A DNA stretch of 64,000 nt from Candidatus Cloacimonadales bacterium. Its GTDB lineage: Bacteria; Cloacimonadota; Cloacimonadia; Cloacimonadales; JAFGVF01. Of this stretch, positions 11,156 to 20,405 are shown in pieces. The position numbers and the translations under genes are program-made. The stretch is taken from positions 672,001-736,000 of the forward strand of contig CAXXOU010000001.1 of NCBI GenBank assembly GCA_963677495.2, read 5' to 3'. Below the pieces are notes generated by a model that saw only the letters and a program-made list of their open reading frames with translations, had not been told where the DNA came from and did not search any database. Positions within the stretch are counted from its first letter, which is position 1; each line of letters opens with the position of its first letter.

Positions 11156-12055
11156 TTAAAATTTATAGGATACACTCACCATATTTACTGAATCAATATC
11201 GTCAACCGCAGGAATATAAGCGTAATCAATGTCTATCATTTCAAGTTTGACCCCTGCACCAAACGAGAATTCCTCACTATCATGATTAAATTTATAACCG
11301 GTTCTTAGGAAGAATAACTCTCTAAAACCAGCTTCAACACCAAATGCAGCTTTTAGATCGTTATCAATCTCCTGGACTGCTTTAAGATCAGTATTAATTA
11401 CAAAGCTTTCCATCTCAATCACATTTGTAACACCAGCATCTACTGTAAATGGTAAGTCTATATTTTCCTCTTCCATTTCATTAGTACCACCTAAATGTTT
11501 TGCAGAAAGGTAAATACTTGTTCCTCGTAGTGGTGATTTATAAATATAACCAAAATCAAACGATGCACCAGCTGCAGTAGCTGTATCAAGTTTCTCATAA
11601 ATGAAGCTTCCATTTGCACCAATATAATGATCTGGAGCTAAACGGAAACCCCAGTTCAAAGTCATCTGGATGTCTACCGGGTGATACTCACCAATAAGCA
11701 CTCCAGTATTATCTCTTCTTTCAAACTCTCCATAATCAAGGTATTTCACACCAAGTCCAATATGGTGGTTACCTTTAGGATAAGTATAAGCAACTGTTGT
11801 AAGAGAAGTATCGAAAATCCAAAAATTCTGATTTACTGATATTGAACGATTTTCATTCAACAAACCTGCAGCTGCGTTATCCCAAATTACAAAACCATTA
11901 TCTGCTGACATAATTCCTGTCCCGGCTCTACCACTTTGAGAAGCTCCTGACGTAATCTGCAACATCTGAAAACCTAATTCACCCTCATATCCAGCTTGTA
12001 ATAACACTACCATGGTCATAAACAAAACCACTAATACTAATCTATATTTTCTCAT
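11156..12055 (-). CDS. PorV/PorQ-family outer-membrane beta-barrel
   Basis: Signal peptide, FQMLQI..GA..SG..G..WDNAAA N-terminus, IDYAY, C-terminal YKF. Confidence 0.8.
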   Translation of the reverse strand: MRKYRLVLVVLFMTMVVLLQAGYEGELGFQMLQITSGASQSGRAGTGIMSADNGFVIWDNAAAGLLNENRSISVNQNFWIFDTSLTTVAYTYPKGNHHIGLGVKYLDYGEFERRDNTGVLIGEYHPVDIQMTLNWGFRLAPDHYIGANGSFIYEKLDTATAAGASFDFGYIYKSPLRGTSIYLSAKHLGGTNEMEEENIDLPFTVDAGVTNVIEMESFVINTDLKAVQEIDNDLKAAFGVEAGFRELFFLRTGYKFNHDSEEFSFGAGVKLEMIDIDYAYIPAVDDIDSVNMVSVSYKF

Positions 12056-12063
12056 TGTATCTC

Positions 12064-15000
12064 CTATTTTTCTATCGCAAACTTAAGCGTTTTAACCTTA
12101 TTCTCTGCTTCCAACAGTATGAAATAAGCACCTGAACTAATTTTATCTGTATCAAGTTTGACTTTATCAATATTGCTCATATAGGCCTGACAAGTAATCT
12201 TATCTTGATAAATGCAGTTGCCGGCTATGTCAAACACTTTTATTTTTACTTTTGTAGTTTCACTTACCATTATTTTCACAAATAGCTCATCGCCATATGT
12301 TGATCTATATGGATTCGGATAGACATATACTTCATCTTCAACAAATATTTTACTATCAGGATAGCTGTTTTGACTTTCTAATCCTGTGTAGGAAGCAGTT
12401 CTCTGTAGATTGCCATACTCAGCATACCAGAAGTCTGATACATTTATCTCACTATTCCCAATTGCTGATCGGAAAATCTTACCATTATCCACTGCTGACA
12501 TTATATAAACATTTCCATCTTCATCCTTATGTAAGAAAGGATAAGTCCTGCTTCTGTCAGAATAATTCTTGGGATAGCCTTTCTTGATTCCAAAGTTATC
12601 TTCCCAGACATATAATCGGTTTAACGAACAGTTTCCAACAATCTCCAGTTCTCCATCACTATCAACATCTATTGGTAAAGCACTTCCATTGATTCCAAGT
12701 GTGTCAGGCATTGTTACAATATCCTTCCCTTGGTTTAGTAACTGACCATTATATCCGAAAACTGCAACACCGTTTTCCCAACCTGCAATTATATCTAAAG
12801 TACCGTTTTTATCCATATCACCGAAAGAGAGTAGTCCATTTGTTTTATATGGAAGCTCAATTGGTGAATACCTTTCAGGTAACTCATAACCAATTAGTGT
12901 TGGATGTTCAAAATCACTCTGACCAAAATGGTATACTTTGTCACTACACTGCACAACAAATCTGTCTTCTATCTTATTCTCATTTATTGAAGTGTGAAAT
13001 AATGCCAACACTTCATCATCAGGTTCTACCTCTGAAACGAACTCATTAGTTAAATATTCACCATTATAAACAGATATTGTTACAATGCCAACTCCATCAT
13101 TTATATTAGTGAGTGCAAATGTCTTCTCATTACTCCAGCATATATTAGTCCTAATCGAGTCTTCAAGAGTAACCGTTTCTTTAATAGTAAAGTCTTTATT
13201 TAAGAACACAATACTACTTCCGGTACCATCAGTATGATTAAATGCTAAAATATACTCATTCGGAGTTACAACCGGTGGACCTGCCCAAGAACGGAAGTTC
13301 TCACTAAATACATAACCACTGTCTGATGATGCATGCTCCAAATTAAACAATGATACAATGTTTTCTCCATATGGTAGTAATACTCTTCCATACTCTTCAT
13401 CAACAGTGTAAAGCTCTTTTAATTGAGATGTACCTCCACTTGGAAATCCCGAATACAGTTCATCATCTTGCCACATATAAAGTGAGCCATCAGGCATAGG
13501 ATAGAATATCTCATTCACTCCATCGTCATCATAATCGAATGAAGATGCAGGGAGAGTATTCTCCCCTGTGTAACTGGTTGATAAACTCCATCTGAATTTT
13601 ACAGAAAAACTCATTGTGTTTCCCTGTTGGCTAATATCATAAATCTCCAGCGGTACCCCACCATAATAACTCTCAGCTGTTGGTTGAGAAATCACACCAT
13701 CTACACTGTTAAAACCAAAATAATCATTATTATTTGCTCTAAAACTGTCAAATGGACCACCATACATATTTTCGTTAATAGCAGCTGTATCCAGGTTTTG
13801 AACTCCATCAGCCTCTTCAAGATCAACACCCTTATGTGTTGCAATTGCATTAACATGGTTCACTTCATAATCAGGACTAAAGAATTCATTTATAACTAAT
13901 TCATCAATATGCCAAATGAATATACCACTATTATCCTGGAAAGCACCACCAACTGCGGGACCACCTAATCCTGGCATTGCAATATCCCAATCACAACCCC
14001 TATATCTATTCTCCATGAACATAAATCTTGGTTGTAATGGTGCATCCGGATTGTCTGGGTTCGGTGGATAATATTCCTGATCTTCAATAAGCTCAAAACT
14101 AAAACCTGCTATTCCGTTATAGAAGTCTCCATCCGGATTCTGCGATCTGCATTCAATAAGGAAATATTCCGTATCTGATATTGCGACTTTATAAAGTTTA
14201 GGATTTGTTGCATCAACATCCAGCATCTGATCAATGTATATATTCTCTTGATCAACTGTGAGTTCAATTGTATTCTCCCAGCCTAGGTAATATCTACTCC
14301 AAGCAGAAGGCATAGCAGGAATGAATCCATTACCATTCCAAGATCCGCTACCCATAATACCATAGTTTCCAATACCCTGTGAACGACCATTTGAGCTAAC
14401 ATTATCAAAGAGTGTTGGCAAACCTAATAGTTTACCGAATTGATGTAATACTACTCCAAAGTTACTGAATAGATAGTTACTTGCATCTACTCCTTCAGTA
14501 GGAAAGTAGTCTTGAAACTCTGATTCAGCAACAACAGCTAGCTCATTGAGATAGACACCATCATTTGTCAGAAGCCCGGGATACTCTTCGTTCTCAGGAT
14601 CATTTATCTCCCGAAGGTCCTTTCGACTTAAGAATGTACTCCATATCTCATCAGTTCTTATACCATCAATATCAGATTCCTGACCGGAGCCGGCAAAGAT
14701 AGTAATAATCCCATCATAAAGTGAAAAGTCGATTTCATTATCTGTTAACGCTATAATATCATCAAAATACTCTACCATTCGCTCATCATTTGTTGCATCA
14801 TTTCCATAATACCCATAATTGTTAGGCATCATAACATTCTCTTCGTACAGATGGATGTTTTCGTACAACTCATAATTACCATGAGATGCATCATGCCAAT
14901 AATCAGAAACATGAAGCATTAATCTTTTAAAGTAATTGTAATCATGAACAAGGTAATCAGGATACTGTTCTTCCTGGATAAATTGTTTATCCGGGAACTC

Positions 15001-15186
15001 AATCAACAATGCTAAAATAGTCTCAGGTAAGGGATCTTCATCCGACCGCTTACTTAAATCAAACCGCTCCGATACCGAATTCTGTTCAAAAGGGATATCT
15101 CCACTGTAAAGAGGATGTGGAGGGACAATTGCCTGTAGCAGTAACCCTATGCTTAGAAACAGAACCGGAATTAATAGTCTTTTCAT
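12064..15186 (-). CDS. Secreted M6 (immune inhibitor A)-like protein with degenerate zinc motif, FG-GAP repeats, T9SS-like CTD
   Basis: LALLIEFPD, IMGSGSW, SAWSR..LGW, EYFLIE, WHIDE motifs; HQFGK in place of HExGH; VYPNP tail. Confidence 0.85.
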   Translation of the reverse strand: MKRLLIPVLFLSIGLLLQAIVPPHPLYSGDIPFEQNSVSERFDLSKRSDEDPLPETILALLIEFPDKQFIQEEQYPDYLVHDYNYFKRLMLHVSDYWHDASHGNYELYENIHLYEENVMMPNNYGYYGNDATNDERMVEYFDDIIALTDNEIDFSLYDGIITIFAGSGQESDIDGIRTDEIWSTFLSRKDLREINDPENEEYPGLLTNDGVYLNELAVVAESEFQDYFPTEGVDASNYLFSNFGVVLHQFGKLLGLPTLFDNVSSNGRSQGIGNYGIMGSGSWNGNGFIPAMPSAWSRYYLGWENTIELTVDQENIYIDQMLDVDATNPKLYKVAISDTEYFLIECRSQNPDGDFYNGIAGFSFELIEDQEYYPPNPDNPDAPLQPRFMFMENRYRGCDWDIAMPGLGGPAVGGAFQDNSGIFIWHIDELVINEFFSPDYEVNHVNAIATHKGVDLEEADGVQNLDTAAINENMYGGPFDSFRANNNDYFGFNSVDGVISQPTAESYYGGVPLEIYDISQQGNTMSFSVKFRWSLSTSYTGENTLPASSFDYDDDGVNEIFYPMPDGSLYMWQDDELYSGFPSGGTSQLKELYTVDEEYGRVLLPYGENIVSLFNLEHASSDSGYVFSENFRSWAGPPVVTPNEYILAFNHTDGTGSSIVFLNKDFTIKETVTLEDSIRTNICWSNEKTFALTNINDGVGIVTISVYNGEYLTNEFVSEVEPDDEVLALFHTSINENKIEDRFVVQCSDKVYHFGQSDFEHPTLIGYELPERYSPIELPYKTNGLLSFGDMDKNGTLDIIAGWENGVAVFGYNGQLLNQGKDIVTMPDTLGINGSALPIDVDSDGELEIVGNCSLNRLYVWEDNFGIKKGYPKNYSDRSRTYPFLHKDEDGNVYIMSAVDNGKIFRSAIGNSEINVSDFWYAEYGNLQRTASYTGLESQNSYPDSKIFVEDEVYVYPNPYRSTYGDELFVKIMVSETTKVKIKVFDIAGNCIYQDKITCQAYMSNIDKVKLDTDKISSGAYFILLEAENKVKTLKFAIEK

Positions 15187-15479
15187 AATTTCTCCGAGTT
15201 TAATAATTCTCTATAAATACAAAAGAAAAGAAATAGATTCCGATATGTTCTCCTTAATTTTTACTGCTAAGTAATCATTTGTTGCTATTGAATAATGGTC
15301 AAGTTTTTTGTAGTTTTTAAAATATGATTGAGTGCAAGATTGTAAGTAACCTTGGCAATTCTTTTTGTCTTTTGGGAGTTATGAACACGGGATTACTCAG
15401 ACAGATGACTTGCACCGTAACAAAGTGCCTGAGAAGCCATTGCTGATAAGCGGAGGTCTTGAGAACTTTTAACAGAATC

Positions 15480-16553
15480 TTATCTAAGTAATAATGCAAG
15501 TACCATTGCAAAATGTTTTGTATTGTTCATCAGCAGTACTGTATAAGAATCCTTTTCTCCATGCAGGATAACTGCATTGTGAAAAACAGCATAATCTATA
15601 ACACTCTTGATAAAGATAGATTTATTTGCACGTCCCATTTTAATAATAATCCTACGATTTGTGATGAAGGAGATTCCTGATACCGGCTTATTAAACCTAT
15701 CCTCTTCTATATCTTGCAGTGCTGTATAACTCATTTTCCAATACACACCATTAAGAATATTCTTCCTGCAGTTCATACCATTAAAATTTATATGCAATGG
15801 TTTTTGCTTGAAATCGGTCAGTCCTACATCGGTTTGGTAATAGCATTCCTCTTTTGATTTAAAATGATAATCAACTTTTATTGCACCCAACTTGCCGTTT
15901 TCAATATTCCATAATGAACGTGCTAAATCTATTTCATCTTCTGTAGCCGGGTTATAGTTTATTTCAATGCCAAAAAAACTCTTAAGCTGTGACAATATCT
16001 CATACTCAGATGCATTAATCCTCTCATCCTCAAGAGAGCTCATCACCAGTTTTTTGCAATAATCATCCACACAACTGCTATAAAATGAGTGTTCAACTTC
16101 CTTGTTTAAGCTTAACTTCGCAGAAATCTTTTTCAACTTCTCTGCATTCTCTTCGGTATAACTGTTTTCTTTCATTATTTTCTCGAACCGATCACAATAT
16201 AACTCAAACAGTCTGGTTCTTTCAAGTAAATCAACTTGTTTAGCATCTATCTCAAACAACACTCTTAATGAGTTCAGATAAATACGTTCTTCAGAGCTAA
16301 GAATAGAATCAGAAAGAAAAGCATCTAGCGCTTTGAGATATAATCTGCATAATATTGTATCGAATTGAGCTTGAGAATACATGTTGCAATCGCTTCTGAT
16401 TTGGTTAATTTCTGTTACATTAATCTCATCCGGTTGCTTGATAGAAAGTAGGTTCTCAATCCTTACTTCAAACTCATCGTTAAGAGGAAGTTTAAATAGC
16501 TTTCTCACGAATCCTGATTCAACAATATCGCTTTCTTTAAACGGAGTTTTCAT
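15480..16553 (-). CDS. Hypothetical protein (helical N-terminus, possible PH-like C-terminus)
   Basis: 357-aa ORF with RBS; G.SFITNRRII motif. Confidence 0.6.
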   Translation of the reverse strand: MKTPFKESDIVESGFVRKLFKLPLNDEFEVRIENLLSIKQPDEINVTEINQIRSDCNMYSQAQFDTILCRLYLKALDAFLSDSILSSEERIYLNSLRVLFEIDAKQVDLLERTRLFELYCDRFEKIMKENSYTEENAEKLKKISAKLSLNKEVEHSFYSSCVDDYCKKLVMSSLEDERINASEYEILSQLKSFFGIEINYNPATEDEIDLARSLWNIENGKLGAIKVDYHFKSKEECYYQTDVGLTDFKQKPLHINFNGMNCRKNILNGVYWKMSYTALQDIEEDRFNKPVSGISFITNRRIIIKMGRANKSIFIKSVIDYAVFHNAVILHGEKDSYTVLLMNNTKHFAMVLALLLR

Positions 16554-16657
16554 AACATATCCTCACCAGTGTCCATTGATTGCTTTGCTTGCACACTATT
16601 ATTATACAATCTATTCAATTCTGGCAAGTAATATCTTGTAAGCGTTGGTTTTGATAG

Positions 16658-16819
16658 CATGGAAGAACCTTAACTAAGGTTGTAAACGGTATTGGTGAAA
16701 AACAGATCTTCTGGGATGGTAATGATCAATCAGGCAATACACTATCTAGCGGAGTATTCTTCTATAAAGTTAAAGTCGGTAATACGAGTCTCTCAAATAA
16801 GATGGTTATGCTTAAGTAA
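16658..16819 (+). pseudogene. Orphan fragment of a secretion C-terminal domain
   Basis: Frame not in ORF track reads ...GEKQIFWDGNDQSGNTLSSGVFFYKVKVGNTSLSNKMVMLK*; in-frame TAG at 16655. Confidence 0.8.
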
Positions 16820-16840
16820 ACTAAGTTGTCATTATATAAT

Positions 16841-16872
16841 AAGAACCGAAAATACCTGTTTTCGGTTCTTTT
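16841..16872 (+). terminator. Rho-independent terminator after orphan CTD
   Basis: AAGAACCGAAAA/TTTTCGGTTCTT stem. Confidence 0.75.
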
Positions 16873-16875
16873 CTA

Positions 16876-16903
16876 TTGACTAATACTAAGTGATTATTAT
16901 ACT
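16876..16903 (+). promoter_or_regulatory. Putative sigma70 promoter
   Basis: TTGACT-16 nt-TATACT just upstream of ATG 16913. Confidence 0.5.
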
Positions 16904-16912
16904 TATGTATAT

Positions 16913-17212
16913 ATGAGTAATTTAACTAAAGTATCATACTGCGGTATCTATTGCGGTACTTGCAAGAACTTCAAGCAGAATGCTGACTGCCAAGGTTGCC
17001 GAAGCGAAGAGGAACTGCTTTCTGACTGCCCATCAAGAAAGTGTACTATTGCACGAGGTTTAACCCACTGTGGAGAATGCAAGGAGTTTCCTTGCGATAT
17101 GATGAAAGAGTTCTATAATGATGGTGTTCCCATGCATGAACAAGCCCAAAAAAATACTCTCAGATTGAATAAAGTGGGAATCGACAAGTACGTTAAAGAG
17201 ATGGAGAAGTAA
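16913..17212 (+). CDS. DUF3795-like Cys-rich protein
   Basis: YCGIYCGTC...CQGC...C..RKC...HCGECKEFPC pattern. Confidence 0.8.
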   Translation: MSNLTKVSYCGIYCGTCKNFKQNADCQGCRSEEELLSDCPSRKCTIARGLTHCGECKEFPCDMMKEFYNDGVPMHEQAQKNTLRLNKVGIDKYVKEMEK

Positions 17213-17221
17213 CTATATTCA

Positions 17222-18163
17222 TATCAAACACCTTTATCATCACCGAATAGAAATCAGCAATATTGCTATAATCATCTGACCGTTCGTATTCTTTCAACAA
17301 TGTGTTTATCGAACTAGCTTTGGGGCACCATTCCTCTCAGCATTAGAGAAATACCAGTCATCAGACTTATCTGTGACTAATCCAACTTTCAGAAGTAATC
17401 TAAAACAGATTGCCCAGATTATGCTTTCATTCACCTGACAATACCATTCAACTTGTGAATCAGTTAAATTAAAAGGCTCTTCGAAAAGTTTATCAGTTAG
17501 TGGATTAATTACCGGATGGAGAAATTCATGCCAGATTATGCTTAGAGCTATCCGATCAAAGTTGTTATTTGCTATAGCAGTCTTCAAACTCTGAGCGCCG
17601 AGAATACAGTGATTCTCTCGTCCTTTTTTTGTCTGAATTGAAGTTCCAAATGATGAAAATGATTGAAGTGAAACAATCACATCAGATTTAGGAAGCTCCA
17701 CATTAATATACTCTTCCAGTATCTCTAGCACCGGTAATTCTGAGCACTTTTCCCTCACCTTTATAACGTATTCAGATGTTCCGAGACTATCAAAGAACTG
17801 TTTAAAATTGCTCTTTTTTACAAAATCCTTTACCAATTCTACATATTTTATCACGTCACAAAAGTCACCTTCATACTGACTCTTCAGATATTCCATAATG
17901 GGTACATTCGGATCAAACTCAAACTCATCAGTAAGGTGAAAAAGAAGCAATGGAACAGTATCCCAACAAATCCCACTCTCCCAAATCTCCGGAAGCTTAA
18001 TCACCGCTTCATGCGTAGCAAATTGTAAGAACTTTTCCCGTAAACTAATCGCATATTCACTATCGCTCCTATCAACTGCATATTTCTCATCCAACTCTGA
18101 AAGAAAAACAATCAGCGAAAACAACTCTATCCTATAGTCGGTATTTATCTCTAAATGTTTCAT
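17222..18163 (-). pseudogene. DUF4932-like HExxH protein with frameshifted C-terminus
   Basis: DYRIELFSLI start, HEFLH, NESII; shifted frame after ~17320 continues INTLLKEYERSDDYSNIADFYSVMIKVF. Confidence 0.6.
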
Positions 18164-18468
18164 GTAGAATCCCTATTCATAATTTGTCTTAATAGCGAGC
18201 ATAGGAAATATCTGTCTACTTTTTTATACACACTTCTAACAAGAAAAGGATATTTCTTCACAGCAATATTCTGCCTAAGTAATCAGTTCTACCCTTGAGC
18301 TTAACATTTTAAGCTTAGCATTTAGCATTGCATCTCTTGCATTGTTTCTCTGCTAGAAGTCTGGTACAGTCTGTTTCAAGTCCTTTACGTCCTGCTTTAC
18401 GTCCTGCATCATTATGATGCCTACTTCTCTTAACTTAATCTTTACAAAACGCTAGAATCTCGCTTGTC

Positions 18469-18511
18469 CCTCCCTTTAGCCTCCCTAGACCCTCCCTATG
18501 AAACCCTAAAG
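18469..18511. repeat. 11-bp-periodic tandem repeat (CCTCCCT core)
   Basis: cctccctttag cctccctagac cctccctatga aaccctaaag. Confidence 0.75.
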
Positions 18512-18532
18512 TTATCCACATCGCGTGCATAA
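18512..18532. promoter_or_regulatory. Perfect DnaA box plus inverted degenerate box
   Basis: TTATCCACA at 18512-18520; TTATGCACG on minus strand at 18524-18532. Confidence 0.4.
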
Positions 18533-18743
18533 CTTATTTAACGGAGCAATTACACTCTTGTAAAGACACTGTTAAGGGAAGAAGCTGACAACTTGAAGAT
18601 TATTAATTAGAAGAAACTCTTTTGTACACCAAAGATAAGACTTGACGTAAACAATCATCGTAGCAATAGATTATTATTGGATTGTTATAGAGATTTCGGG
18701 GATTAACCCTATCTGAAATCAGACTAATTTTAAAGGAAGACAT

Positions 18744-20393
18744 ATGGCAAACAGTACATCTGAACAAGTCGGATTAAAGAAATTCTTCATGTTGGCTAAT
18801 CTGCAAGAGATTGCATCCAGAAAGGCAAAGCTTATCCTTAATGATCACAAGACATTACTGAAAGACAGAACCGGTAAACATGAAAAATTCCTTAAGGAAC
18901 TGGCTAATGATTTAGCGAAAGGTGCTAAGAAGGGCTTTGCCCATAAGTTTATACCTGCTAACTCAACTTTGAAAAGAGCAGCAGTATTGACAGTTACAAT
19001 CACTGATATCTTCGCAGCAATTGAGATTAATGAAGAGCTGGAGATTGAATACAAACAGTTTCTTGATGAATGCATTGATGAATATAACTCTCAAGCATCT
19101 TATTACTTGGATGAACAAGTCTCGCAAGTTACAAATCCTGATTTTGAGTGCATTCTAGACGCAGCAAAGCTTCTTTCTGAAGTTGAATTAACACTGCCCA
19201 AAGAGATTGAAACTGAGTTGGAAGATTACATCTCTATCGCTGAAAAGCTTTTAAAACGTCAAACAAGCTCATATAAAGAGTACTCAACTACAACACTAAA
19301 CAATCTAAAGACTGAGTTCTTAGGATACTCTTCTGAGTCACGTCAAATGGCAATTGATAAAGTCAGAGCGATTATAACTGAGTTGTTTAAAGCCTACTAT
19401 CAGAACCTGACAACTGCACTTGAGAAGGAGATACTTACTGAGAAATCTTTGGATTCCGGTAGTGCAAAGAAACTTGTAAAACTCATGCTTATCTACTCGC
19501 TACTTGAGAAGGATTTCCTCGGTCTATTTGAACAGAAGAAGATTGGAAAGTATACAAAACAAGCTCAAAGTTTAAAAGATAATCTTGATAGTATCAGTTC
19601 TACAGTCGAAGATATTGATAACCGATATCTTGAGACAATACAATCAACTGATAAAAAGAGACTTATTCATGTTGCAAATGATCTTATGAAGGCAATTAAA
19701 CGCCTATTCAGCAACTATGAGTTTCGATACCAGGAATTTAAGAATTATGGGGAACACCTCTTTGATAGACAGAAGAGTTTAAAGAAAATTGTGGAAGATA
19801 CAACAAATGAGATACTTGATTTCTCACTCAAGATTCCGGTTGATTATAAACCGTTACAACCCGAAGTGCAGTTTGAGCATTGGCAGGAACGACTAAAGAA
19901 TATTGATGTGCTTATTTCAGAATTCCAAGGTGTTGGTTCAGCTGTTAGGGCAATATCCAAATCACGCATCAAGCTTATTCTTTCCGGTGAATCTTATGCA
20001 GTTGATCTTTGTAGACGCTATCCTAAGACAACTTCTCCTCTACTTCATCACTTAGAGCAATATCGCATAGTTATAAAAGGAATTGGTGAGCTAGCAGGGA
20101 CAGAACGAGTTGTTAGTGAATTGGAAACACAGGCTCGTGAGCTTTCGAAAGTGTACCTTGATTTCACTAACAATCTTGAGAAAGCTAAAGGTTTTCTAGA
20201 AAGAATGAAGTCTGATAAGTTTGTACTCAATAATCGTAATAAAGCTGATTTGAGAAATACACATAGATTCTTTAACGAATATCATGGAAGTGAAGTGTTG
20301 GTATATCCGGACTTAGAAGAGCTGTGGTTACCTGTTTTTAAAGAGTATGAGAAAGCCCGAACAAGAATATATGACCTGCTAGAGCTAAACTAA
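18744..20393 (+). CDS. Hypothetical helical/coiled-coil protein
   Basis: 549-aa ORF, E/K/L-rich, RBS present. Confidence 0.75.
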   Translation: MANSTSEQVGLKKFFMLANLQEIASRKAKLILNDHKTLLKDRTGKHEKFLKELANDLAKGAKKGFAHKFIPANSTLKRAAVLTVTITDIFAAIEINEELEIEYKQFLDECIDEYNSQASYYLDEQVSQVTNPDFECILDAAKLLSEVELTLPKEIETELEDYISIAEKLLKRQTSSYKEYSTTTLNNLKTEFLGYSSESRQMAIDKVRAIITELFKAYYQNLTTALEKEILTEKSLDSGSAKKLVKLMLIYSLLEKDFLGLFEQKKIGKYTKQAQSLKDNLDSISSTVEDIDNRYLETIQSTDKKRLIHVANDLMKAIKRLFSNYEFRYQEFKNYGEHLFDRQKSLKKIVEDTTNEILDFSLKIPVDYKPLQPEVQFEHWQERLKNIDVLISEFQGVGSAVRAISKSRIKLILSGESYAVDLCRRYPKTTSPLLHHLEQYRIVIKGIGELAGTERVVSELETQARELSKVYLDFTNNLEKAKGFLERMKSDKFVLNNRNKADLRNTHRFFNEYHGSEVLVYPDLEELWLPVFKEYEKARTRIYDLLELN

Positions 20394-20405
20394 AAGAAGA
20401 GATCA

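Noticed and set aside
15410..15460. TPP riboswitch (CTGAGA, CTGAT, AGCG.AGG words)
   Set aside because: P5 stem-loop is absent and no plus-strand gene lies downstream
16692..16883. ORF-track 63-aa protein
   Set aside because: Wrong frame; the meaningful reading is the CTD remnant ending at 16819
18500..18540. oriC
   Set aside because: Only one perfect DnaA box and no dnaA, dnaN or gidA nearby
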